From IMG/VR virus record IMGVR_UViG_3300034101_001509, positions 1 through 54,299 of that record: a DNA stretch of 54,299 nucleotides, one strand, 5' to 3'. The stretch comes from a virus. Lineage: Duplodnaviria > Caudoviricetes. The position numbers were made by a program, and so were the translations under genes. How positions within the stretch are numbered: position 1 is the first letter of the stretch; each line of letters opens with the position of its first letter. This document shows, piece after piece, positions 38,201 through 46,663 of this stretch. A model generated the notes under the pieces. That model saw only the letters and a list, made by a program, of their open reading frames with translations. It was not told the DNA's origin and did not search any database.

Positions 38201-39529
38201 TTGTAAATAATCGTAAACACAGTCAAATGGTTTTTGCTTACAGCAAGTTACCAGTAATGGTGATGGACCAGGTGGTGGACTAGATTCACAAGGATCACTT
38301 GGTCGATCAATTTGTACACCACCTTGACAACCAGTGGTTGTATTTGATTGATATACAATACTGTCTCCACCAGATTCTGGAGTATAACAACAATATATTG
38401 TTGTTGGTTGAGGTCCACCTCCAGGAATTTCATAAACTGGATCAGACAATCTATTTGATCCCGGACAATTGTTATATTCAGCACTCCATTCTACAACATC
38501 AGATTCAGAATTGTATAAACCATAATTTGCATACCAAATATTATCCAAAGATATCATATTGATGACATCATTATTTTCAGTAAAACATGGAGCATATTTT
38601 AAAGGCCATGATATTGAATAATTACCCGATTGAAGTGTTACTCCAGCAGATAAATTATCAGTTGTAGCATACTTGGTTAAAATTTCTCCAGTAATACCAG
38701 AAGGAATAATGATTGTTATTCCTTTAGCGATATCTGCTGCTGGAGGATTTCTAACCAATACAATTTGAGCAATTGGTTGTTCATTTACTTCTATTAAATG
38801 AGTCCATTCACTCAATATGAATGTATTTGCTTTTTCCCAATCTATAGACCAATAAAAATATCTACCAGCTGTACTTGAACCACTATTAGTATATGCTGTT
38901 TTCTTTATTGGTTCGACAAAGTGAACACGTTCTCCATAATTTAGAATTTGCATATCCACAGTCTTCTTTAAAATATCATATTTTGTTCCAGTAAGACCGT
39001 AGAAATAATTTGTAGAAGAATCCCTTACAACTAATTGTCCATCAGATCCTCCAGATATACCAAGATATGGAAGTCCTGCTAAATTATATGAAATATTAAT
39101 TTCTTCAGAATCGTTTAAAGATTCTATGCGAATGAATTGAAGATTATCATTTTTCGATGAAGTAGTAAATCCTCTAAAATTCAGAGTAGATAAGATATTT
39201 CCATCTGGAAAATTTTGATAACAAACTCCATGGAGTATTTCAAACGCATCTGTTGTTTGTGTTGCTCCTCCAGCAAAAATATAATAATTGCCTGGAGCAC
39301 CTTTTATATTTGCCGAAGTTATAGCAGAATTATCAGAAAATGTAGTAACAATATTTCCATCTACAAGTGTCATTCCAATAACACTTGGTCCACTAAAACC
39401 AGTATTTCCGGTATTACCAGTATTACCATTATTACCAGTTGGACCTGTCGAACCAGTATCTCCGGTTGGACCTGTTGTTCCGATAATATTTTTCTTTACA
39501 TAAGGACTGCTACCGTAAATATAACTCAT
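35294..39529 (-). CDS. Large putative fibre/adhesin: collagen-like, Cys-rich repeats, Lcl/DUF1566-like domain
   Basis: GPTGDTGSTGPT; many CC repeats; GQEFAGGIVVG; WYIPSIDEL; VWTST; LRLVR. Confidence 0.65.
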   Translation of the reverse strand: MSYIYGSSPYVKKNIIGTTGPTGDTGSTGPTGNNGNTGNTGNTGFSGPSVIGMTLVDGNIVTTFSDNSAITSANIKGAPGNYYIFAGGATQTTDAFEILHGVCYQNFPDGNILSTLNFRGFTTSSKNDNLQFIRIESLNDSEEINISYNLAGLPYLGISGGSDGQLVVRDSSTNYFYGLTGTKYDILKKTVDMQILNYGERVHFVEPIKKTAYTNSGSSTAGRYFYWSIDWEKANTFILSEWTHLIEVNEQPIAQIVLVRNPPAADIAKGITIIIPSGITGEILTKYATTDNLSAGVTLQSGNYSISWPLKYAPCFTENNDVINMISLDNIWYANYGLYNSESDVVEWSAEYNNCPGSNRLSDPVYEIPGGGPQPTTIYCCYTPESGGDSIVYQSNTTTGCQGGVQIDRPSDPCESSPPPGPSPLLVTCCKQKPFDCVYDYLQEACNNDGGTVVNDCSECEDNTPITIVCCNGTLCIDQQGTNPSCPQGYSRIESCTTCAQCVNNLTCVDETTPGTCCNDCTGFSYAASSLESSTNPNPCNSDAPRWITDGSSCSAESTEVGVCCYKDGNNFIQRSSEFKLACECQALGNDDKSRYKWTKKTDCIKNVDAIDCIDYFSDIGACCDGTGLCTETTQPDCLNKYWQGPGIKCSYIYGSGQQFNVCTTGTGGCCTSTSSSASCVNEVNGLANCNGGSGLFYGCGKICGDGPCTPSSFNLCDGDGTSNYPWKIRKANGTYENIVKGQEFAGGIVVGIFNPNGSQCLGNTAFGGYVNPGVELNSCNYFAGSSTSNPNNPFWTGVIGTTRIKAFNFYTGSTLSNGAVERPAGIYQSFYDLRGYGFTLNDVVSTIEHDRDQDKWLLIVSKHPVMFRQYANYNGSAAPNQNHFIKLIDGTNFINDNLWIPVNDLGNLNWENSRYADCGVIGGVGLQYAYYNIKNFVWSHGGTSHCDLLGFSDLLTTNITAFSESTTTDCYTNITNTGSVIIHEYQTVSGNQQLKIDGAFGYGGGAATNVQATNSLDVLFRTCFCDITTSCSNCEEYPGLRSRRYLKSGLAGSCGKWSRNHGIYNTIALIKSQIAEHYLYSGSGLFPSNLKSFYGATGEISGLSSLPTSTNTIPGWTGIIQLKVNISNGLDNGGWPALNKTTISEGCSVWNRLYFPVDGPTGNHTGLLNVSLPGYSALNNQYPTLSHWYIPSIDELGFIAKACRDDNLQQTINNAGGIVIGDPRLNSLDWSSAGVGPTGVNSPNSPLANIQYTKSYVWTSTGAWKDGATAQYIQRQSAVASIDPLNSGINQTSQFTNAWAIKFDPSTLSQNTSNYKVSKFHDLDDRLELRLVRMVRCDQRYYNSNSDTQLKNTFWQVPRLTISTVVTGLLPRSNVTNIFQLDLNNQSGATYSSSRWNIDPQTATIFKNTP

Positions 39530-39533
39530 ATGA

Positions 39534-40661
39534 TTATAGTCTCAATCTTGTTTCTATCGCTGCTATTCTTGATTCAAAATTATTTAATTTAGTTTCTAAA
39601 TTTTCTTCAGTAGAACCATATTTTAATTCTGTGGCGGTGATTGATGAAGCAGTAACAGTTTCTGGAACTGCGACTTGAACTGTTAGTGGTTTAACTTTAA
39701 TTCCAACTTTTACTCGTTGTGAAACAGTAACGTTTGATCCATCTTTACCATAAACTGCTATAGGTTGTGTTAAATTAATTATAGGAGTATATACTGAATA
39801 TACTTGAGCATTTGTTGGTGTAAGTTTTACAACGGAACTTGTCGTTGTTATTGATATTTGTTTACTAGTTGCTGCTAAATCTGCGTTTGGTCTTCTTAAA
39901 ATGTACACATACTTATTGGCTACATCAACAGAAACAACAGTTCCATTATATGAGGAGTTTATTTGTGTTACTGCTTGATTTCTAGCAATTGATCCTGGTA
40001 TTGATTCACTAACTGTTATTCTTTCAACAAATCCATATTTCTTTCCAAATTTAGAATAAAAATCTGGATATTCTAAGATTGGTAGTTCATGTGAAATAGA
40101 AGCATCTAAAAAACTTTCTTCAAAATCAGTATCTCCTAATAAAGTTTGAAGAGATCCTAAATTATTGATATCATTAAATGCTGCCTGAATATCTCCACCA
40201 ATTTTATATCCAAGATAATTAACCACAACTCCACTATATGATCCATGAGGTGATGCTTGATATACTGGTTTAACTACATGTTCTAAATTTGTTGGTGCTA
40301 AATTTTGAAGAATCCCAGCAGTCTGTCCACTTAAGAAATATATGTCATTTCCTCCAGAACCACCACCACTTCCCATATCAGCAAACTTAGACGAATCTAA
40401 AGAAATTGATCCATAAATTACAGTATTTAGTTTGTTTGAAACCGAATCATATGATTCTATGACTCCAAATACTTCTGAAGTTTCTGCTGTATTTGCTTTT
40501 GAAGCAGTATATCCTGAAGTTGTCACATCGTATCTAACAACTTGTCCAAGTGTTAGTCCTGATACAAAAGGTATCGAAACAATAAGTCTAGAACCTCCTT
40601 GTGTTACTGAGACTGTATTTATTGATGCTTGTATATTTGAACTATTACTACAACTTGGCAT
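39534..40661 (-). CDS. Putative virion structural / fibre protein
   Basis: Shares a domain with the upstream gene (VVR...GYTA..A...EV.GVI...YFLSGQTAG...PT...KPV). C-terminal heptad tail. Confidence 0.55.
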   Translation of the reverse strand: MPSCSNSSNIQASINTVSVTQGGSRLIVSIPFVSGLTLGQVVRYDVTTSGYTASKANTAETSEVFGVIESYDSVSNKLNTVIYGSISLDSSKFADMGSGGGSGGNDIYFLSGQTAGILQNLAPTNLEHVVKPVYQASPHGSYSGVVVNYLGYKIGGDIQAAFNDINNLGSLQTLLGDTDFEESFLDASISHELPILEYPDFYSKFGKKYGFVERITVSESIPGSIARNQAVTQINSSYNGTVVSVDVANKYVYILRRPNADLAATSKQISITTTSSVVKLTPTNAQVYSVYTPIINLTQPIAVYGKDGSNVTVSQRVKVGIKVKPLTVQVAVPETVTASSITATELKYGSTEENLETKLNNFESRIAAIETRLRL

Positions 40662-40672
40662 ATATTACTCCA

Positions 40673-43027
40673 TTAAATCGGATAGCTTGCGTCAGCAACC
40701 ATATGTAGATTGATTACATCATAAGGAACAGCACCTTTATTAATATTTATTTTAACAGAAGTAGTATCTGCTGTCGTACTAACTGTGGCAGTGCCTGGTG
40801 ATCCTGCCGATCTTAATTGATCGTTATAACCTTTAGTTCCAGAAGTGGACTTTAGATCTCTGTATGCTGTGTAATTATACATTTCGTTTACTACACCTTT
40901 TGGAGAATAAATTGTAATAGTTGGTTCTTCTCGCATTTCAGTGGGCAACTTGTAAATTGTATATGGTGTTGTTGGAAGATATGTAAATGAAATTGTATTT
41001 AATACAGGATCTGTAGTATTCAACATTGTCTTTGTACCGATAGTTTGTGTATTAGTATAAGTTGAATAATAAAATCTTCTTGCTTTATTTAATTTACTTT
41101 CATATTTTTCAAATATATGCGGAGGTGAACTATAAGAACTAGAATAGACAACCATAGATGCTAAACTTACATATAGACTTGTTCCAATAGCTACCGCATT
41201 ATCATATGCTTCTTCAATCAATGGAATCAGATCAATACCAATTTCAACATAATCATCAGAATAAGTTCCTGCGGATAAACTAGAAACATCATATGTTAAA
41301 GTGTATTTTGTCCAATTAGTTGTTAAATCTATAGAACCTATTGTTTCTTTGCTAATCTGGGAACCACCAGAGTAACGAGCAAAATATACATTTGCTGAAT
41401 AGTTAATCATGCTACATTTTGCGTATAGACTTACAGTCACATCCCCACCATTAAATGTTTCTATATCTTCTATAACATGACCAACTGAATATTCTCCACC
41501 CGCAGGGTCTGCTCCACCGGGATCTGCTATACATTTAAGATCAATATAATATTGTGGAGTTCCTTCGACCTCTACGCTTGAAACACTAAAGGATTGACGT
41601 TGAATATATTGTGAACTTCCAGACGCAATACCACTCTGTCTTCTTATCCAATTATCAGCAAAATAAACATCTCCGGAAGTAGTATATTGTGAATCTCTAC
41701 CAGTTGATCTCTGCCATATTGAAAAATCACCATTGAATGCGAAATTCATTCCATTTGTTAATAATTCTGAACTTGCTGCTGATTTATATGTGCTAACAGA
41801 TCCAAGATATGAATTTGCTGATGGACGCATAGAAATATGCCAATAGGTTGGAGAAGTATCAAATACTTGACCAACAACTAAAAGACCACCATCAGCATCA
41901 AATCTATAATTATCTTGTAATCTGAGTTGACCAGTAACCCCAGATGCTGGTACGTTATATGTAAGACCAGATAGAACCCAAACGCCTCTTTTTGTTGCTG
42001 CTGTACTTATACTATTAGGAATGACTGTTGTAGATCCGTGTGTTATTATTTTATAAACATTATAACTTCCACCAGATTCATCAACACTTTCAATCATACC
42101 AACAACAAAATCTTCTTCGGGTGTAAAATCAAATACTGATATATTTGAAGGAGTAGATATTACACCATCTAAATTATTAGCAAAGTTTTGACTACCACTT
42201 AAGAACCAACCGTCAATGGCAGTTCTTCCTGTATTTTCTAACCATTGATTGAAGAATGTATTTCCTGCTAAAATATCTGGAGCAAATGAAACAAAGTTTC
42301 CTGCGGAAAATCCATAACTACTTGGATTTGTTATAGATTTAGAAATTTGAACATAAATTTTATTTGTTCCGGAAAGACCTTGTGATCCAGAATCATTTAA
42401 ATAATTTCCTCTATATTGAAGAACTACACCAGAAGTAGCACCAATTCCTAATATTACAGGTTTTGAAACATAACCAATTGTTGTTGGTTCAGTAGTTGTT
42501 AAATATCCAGCAGTTTGTCCAGAAAGAAAATAAACACAACCTGGAGATAAAGTTCCGCCAGATACTGTTTGAAAATTTCCATCAATTCTTCCTAGAACCG
42601 TAACTACAGAATAACTTGAATTTTGAGAAGATATTACTCCCAGAACCTCTGCTGAATCTGGATCATCTGCTCTTGCTGCGGTATATCCTGAAGAATTTAT
42701 TCTTACAACAGATCCAAATGTATATCCAGAAGTTCCTGTTGTTATCCCGGGAACTTTAAACGAACTATTTGGTATTACAACTTCTCCATTAAAACTAACA
42801 GGACCAGAAAATGTTAATCCTGTTTGTATGTTTCCAGAGGTTCCACCGATTGATACTGTAACAAGTCCTGTTGATAAATTTGTGGATGCTAAAACTCCAT
42901 CACCACTTGTAACACCAGATACAGTTATTTGATTCAATTTTGAAATGATTTCATCATTTTCTTTTATGAACCAATCATAAAATGTAGATGAACCAGTTAA
43001 TTGTGATATTGTATCATTAAATGCCAT
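40673..43027 (-). CDS. Putative tail fibre / virion protein with a carbohydrate-binding-like C-terminal half
   Basis: N-terminal TFYDW..KEN; NFAFNGDFSIWQR...YFADNW...LTTNWTKY...RRFYY...MREEPTIT pattern common in phage fibres. Confidence 0.6.
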   Translation of the reverse strand: MAFNDTISQLTGSSTFYDWFIKENDEIISKLNQITVSGVTSGDGVLASTNLSTGLVTVSIGGTSGNIQTGLTFSGPVSFNGEVVIPNSSFKVPGITTGTSGYTFGSVVRINSSGYTAARADDPDSAEVLGVISSQNSSYSVVTVLGRIDGNFQTVSGGTLSPGCVYFLSGQTAGYLTTTEPTTIGYVSKPVILGIGATSGVVLQYRGNYLNDSGSQGLSGTNKIYVQISKSITNPSSYGFSAGNFVSFAPDILAGNTFFNQWLENTGRTAIDGWFLSGSQNFANNLDGVISTPSNISVFDFTPEEDFVVGMIESVDESGGSYNVYKIITHGSTTVIPNSISTAATKRGVWVLSGLTYNVPASGVTGQLRLQDNYRFDADGGLLVVGQVFDTSPTYWHISMRPSANSYLGSVSTYKSAASSELLTNGMNFAFNGDFSIWQRSTGRDSQYTTSGDVYFADNWIRRQSGIASGSSQYIQRQSFSVSSVEVEGTPQYYIDLKCIADPGGADPAGGEYSVGHVIEDIETFNGGDVTVSLYAKCSMINYSANVYFARYSGGSQISKETIGSIDLTTNWTKYTLTYDVSSLSAGTYSDDYVEIGIDLIPLIEEAYDNAVAIGTSLYVSLASMVVYSSSYSSPPHIFEKYESKLNKARRFYYSTYTNTQTIGTKTMLNTTDPVLNTISFTYLPTTPYTIYKLPTEMREEPTITIYSPKGVVNEMYNYTAYRDLKSTSGTKGYNDQLRSAGSPGTATVSTTADTTSVKININKGAVPYDVINLHMVADASYPI

Positions 43028-43034
43028 TTAAACC

Positions 43035-43766
43035 TCAAGTTTCGTCTTGGACTGTTACTGCTTGTTGACCATCAGCATAACTTATTGTGTAATTTGATCC
43101 GCTAATGGTAGCAGTTAAAACTGGAAAATAAGTGTTTGTTATTTGAATAGTAGTTCTTGCTTCTATATCAGTAAATTTAACATTTTTTCTAGAAGCACCA
43201 CATGTGTTATAGGTATTTGTGTCGCCCTGAGAATTATCACGAATTTCAGAATCCTGATTTTCGTCACATAAATTATCGTCTGATGGGCAACAGGTTACAT
43301 TATTTTTTGATCCAATAAATCCAACACTAACAGTTCCAGGTGTGCTTATTGTTTTTGTATACGATGTATCGCTATAAACCCAAAAACTCATTTTTGTTGA
43401 AGGATCTGTCCACATATACCAACCAGCATCAAATGTTACAGTAAATGATAAAGTTCCATTAGTTGCTGAAATTGAAAAAATTGAAATTAAATTAGAATTG
43501 ACCGGAATCATACCTTCCCAGAAAGGTATTCTATATCCCTGAACACTTAACCAATTACTATTCATTCTTTGAGTTAAATTTAAATTAAGGAAGAACAATT
43601 CTTGAATTTCATTTAATTCAGATGCTTGTAAAGCATATCCTGGATTAAATCCTAAAAGATAATAATTTTTAGTATCTTCTCCCGTAGAAGGAGTAAAATT
43701 GTCATTCAATCTACTATAGTAGGGAGCATCTGTTAGAGGTAATGTATTACCAAAAGGTGAAACCAT
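43035..43766 (-). CDS. Virion structural protein, DUF4815-like N-terminal domain (short stand-alone form)
   Basis: APYY...KNYY..GFNPGYALQASELNEIQ resembles the PYYDD...F.PG..VQARELTQ.Q motif of the gene that follows gp8. Confidence 0.65.
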   Translation of the reverse strand: MVSPFGNTLPLTDAPYYSRLNDNFTPSTGEDTKNYYLLGFNPGYALQASELNEIQELFFLNLNLTQRMNSNWLSVQGYRIPFWEGMIPVNSNLISIFSISATNGTLSFTVTFDAGWYMWTDPSTKMSFWVYSDTSYTKTISTPGTVSVGFIGSKNNVTCCPSDDNLCDENQDSEIRDNSQGDTNTYNTCGASRKNVKFTDIEARTTIQITNTYFPVLTATISGSNYTISYADGQQAVTVQDET

Positions 43767-43769
43767 TTA

Positions 43770-45533
43770 TTATAATCCTTTTACGATATTTATACGAACA
43801 ATTACAGAATCTACATCTGCTATTGGAAGATCTGTTTCTAATTTTGTAGTAGATAATACCTTTCCGGTATACTGTACAAATACAGGAGTATCTAATATTG
43901 AAATTATACTAGATCCACCCTTACTTGATCCATTTGTGGGACCAACTAAACTAGATCCAACTAAATCTTGTGCTTTTGTATAATCTAAATTTTTAAACTC
44001 TGTATATGAAATATAGGTTGGTCCTGAACTTACATCAAGAGATCCGCTGACCTTTGTATTTGTGTTTGTAAATGTCTCTCCATCAATACCATAAGAAATA
44101 TCATATTCTTCATCTGCTGCTGGTAGTAGTGAAGAACTACTAATATTTGAAACTTCTGCTTTTACAGTTGTTCTAAAAATATAATCTAATTTCTTATTTA
44201 AATTTGAACCAGTTACTATATCAGAAGATAATGAATTTCCGCGTGGATCTTCTACAAGACCAAACATATTTACTGAAGATGGTAGAATTATTCCTGAACT
44301 GTCTAAACTTGTTTTATCTATTCTAGCATCAATCATTACATGTTGAGCATTTAATATAGAAACAGGATCAAATGCTAGTCCATCGATTACATCAAGATTT
44401 ATTGATATTTTTGATATTAAAGTTAAAGAAGTCAACGAAGCACTTAAAATGGAAGAATCTATACTTAAAGTTACATCCGTATAACCAGATCCACGTTCTA
44501 TAACTTCAATTCCATTTATAACATATGAAGAATTTAAAAGTTTAGTTAACAGACGAATTCTTCCACCTGTTCCTGTATTACTTGTTAATGTTAATTCTGG
44601 ATTTTCTTCAGTTACAATTAAATTAGATTCAGAAAGACTAGAAAGATCTATGAATGCTGAAATAATAGATCCTTCCTCCACCGAATCATTTGTATTGACT
44701 TGATACAAATAGTAATATGGAGAAGCAGTTGAAATTTGATTTTGGTTTATAAGTTGTCCAATTTCAGCATATTCATCAACGATTGTAATTGTATTTGGAA
44801 CAGTTTCGCTGGAAGAATAAAACCTAGAGACAAATTTATCATTATTTTTCATTAAATAATAACAATCACTACACGATATTGAATCTGCTATTGTAAATAA
44901 ATCTCCCTTTTCATATTCAAATGTTCCAGAATCGTCATCGGTATTTAATGACATTTTAGCATATACACCACACTGACCGACTTCAGCAGTATTGTTATCA
45001 CAAAATTCTCTTGTTTGTAATAATTGATTTTTTTGATTTTCAGAATCAAACAATTCAAAAGAAATAACTGGCATCCATTTACTGGTTATAAATCTTTCAA
45101 TTGAAGGTGTGATACGGTATAGCGGTTTCCATGAATATCCATCCGAATATGTTTGTATTCCAGAAGTATGATATGGACGAATATTAGAAACATTTTCGCC
45201 TATTAAATCTTTTCTGTTTAGAGTATTATCAGAAATACACAAATAAATATATTGATTTTGATCATTATATACATAATAATTTCCAGAATTTTCTGTAGTC
45301 CCAGACCATGGAATATATGGTCTTTTTTGAATCCATTTGATATTAGGAACAACTGGATATACACTACTCTGACCAACTCTAATAGAAAAATCAGATTGCT
45401 TCCAAACATCTAATGCTGATTGATTTGAATTTGAAGTTGCTTGACTATTATCAGAACCAACAAAAACAAATAATTGCTTTTTAGTTCCAATATCTTTTAT
45501 AAAATTTTTAATTGTTGTGCTTTTTATGCTCAT
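43770..45533 (-). CDS. 8: Baseplate wedge subunit gp8-like
   Basis: VVPNIKW...YYVYN...IYLCISDN...P.HT...DGYSWKPLY...F.T..WMPV; synteny. Start taken as the ATG at 45533 (ATGA overlap). Confidence 0.85.
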   Translation of the reverse strand: MSIKSTTIKNFIKDIGTKKQLFVFVGSDNSQATSNSNQSALDVWKQSDFSIRVGQSSVYPVVPNIKWIQKRPYIPWSGTTENSGNYYVYNDQNQYIYLCISDNTLNRKDLIGENVSNIRPYHTSGIQTYSDGYSWKPLYRITPSIERFITSKWMPVISFELFDSENQKNQLLQTREFCDNNTAEVGQCGVYAKMSLNTDDDSGTFEYEKGDLFTIADSISCSDCYYLMKNNDKFVSRFYSSSETVPNTITIVDEYAEIGQLINQNQISTASPYYYLYQVNTNDSVEEGSIISAFIDLSSLSESNLIVTEENPELTLTSNTGTGGRIRLLTKLLNSSYVINGIEVIERGSGYTDVTLSIDSSILSASLTSLTLISKISINLDVIDGLAFDPVSILNAQHVMIDARIDKTSLDSSGIILPSSVNMFGLVEDPRGNSLSSDIVTGSNLNKKLDYIFRTTVKAEVSNISSSSLLPAADEEYDISYGIDGETFTNTNTKVSGSLDVSSGPTYISYTEFKNLDYTKAQDLVGSSLVGPTNGSSKGGSSIISILDTPVFVQYTGKVLSTTKLETDLPIADVDSVIVRINIVKGL

Positions 45534-46663
45534 GAACATGCCGATCCTGCGTTTGGAGATCCTATATCTGCCGAATAACATAATTCTAACATTGTGTTGA
45601 TATTTATATCTTTAAAATTAAATACGTCAGTTTGGGTTGTCCAGGAAGGGAATAAGTAAGTTGGTCCAGTAAATCCAGAAAAACTAGCACCACAACAACC
45701 AGTATTTGCTGTCAATCCAACATAAGTTATTCCTGCTACTGGTGTAGTTCCGATATAAATTCCAGCAGTTCTTCCCGAATAATTAAAAGATATACCATAT
45801 GGAGCATAATTTTTTAAGAATGGATATTCGCATACAAATGGTGCTGTTTCATCAAATGTTGGTCCCTGATAATCTGCTAGAGTTTTTTCAAAAACAACTT
45901 TTATTCCAGCAGGATGCATTATATTTAAATAATTTTCTTTATATTTGCTGAATAGTATTCCAACCTTTAATAAATATGACCAATCTTGAATCCAATTACT
46001 GTCTTGTATTCTAGAACCATTTAAATAACTTCCACTTAATGTTCCTATCTCCTCATACCCACCAGTTCCACTTGGAAACTTAAAGTTTTCATCATAAAAA
46101 CGACCACCATTAAGTCTTAATATATTTTTCTTTGGTGTTTCTACATTTATAGATTCTTCATCAATTCCATATAGTCTAGTAAAGAAATATTTAATTCCAT
46201 CTTCTGTTGTTTTCTTTTGATATAAAGAAGTTTTTATATTTTTAAGAAAAAGACGAAGATTTTCTTCTCTTACAACACCGCCATTAGTTTCTAAGGAATT
46301 TACATTAAATCCATCAGCAAATGAAAATGCTAATTTTTCTAAAAATTGAGATTTAGTTTCATCAATATCAATTAGACTTAAAAAATCTTGACTTAATTCA
46401 TATTGCGAACCTAAAGAACTATCGCAATATAACCAATCATAATATTTTTGTATAAAATCAAAAATAGATAAAGTTGATTGATTATTTTCTAATCTTTCTT
46501 GTTTTTCTCTCAAAACCCAATCCGGTATTTGTTCTGTTATATCGTATTGAGTTCCACAACCAATATTAAATGCTATATTTTGTAAATCTAAAATAGCATC
46601 AGAAAGTTTAGATAATCTAAACCTTACTGTTGGTTGTTGACTGTTGAGTGTTGTTGAAAGCAT
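45530..46663 (-). CDS. 7: Baseplate wedge initiator gp7-like (short)
   Basis: QIPDWV...FIQKYYDWL, DIDET, IKTSLY..K.T...FF..LYG, SRIQDS...Q.WSY, HPAG. Confidence 0.8.
   Translation of the reverse strand: MLSTTLNSQQPTVRFRLSKLSDAILDLQNIAFNIGCGTQYDITEQIPDWVLREKQERLENNQSTLSIFDFIQKYYDWLYCDSSLGSQYELSQDFLSLIDIDETKSQFLEKLAFSFADGFNVNSLETNGGVVREENLRLFLKNIKTSLYQKKTTEDGIKYFFTRLYGIDEESINVETPKKNILRLNGGRFYDENFKFPSGTGGYEEIGTLSGSYLNGSRIQDSNWIQDWSYLLKVGILFSKYKENYLNIMHPAGIKVVFEKTLADYQGPTFDETAPFVCEYPFLKNYAPYGISFNYSGRTAGIYIGTTPVAGITYVGLTANTGCCGASFSGFTGPTYLFPSWTTQTDVFNFKDININTMLELCYSADIGSPNAGSACS

Noticed and set aside
27648-39529. Diversity-generating retroelement
   Set aside because: CLec-like potential targets exist, but no reverse transcriptase, Avd or TR/VR repeat pair is visible in the window.
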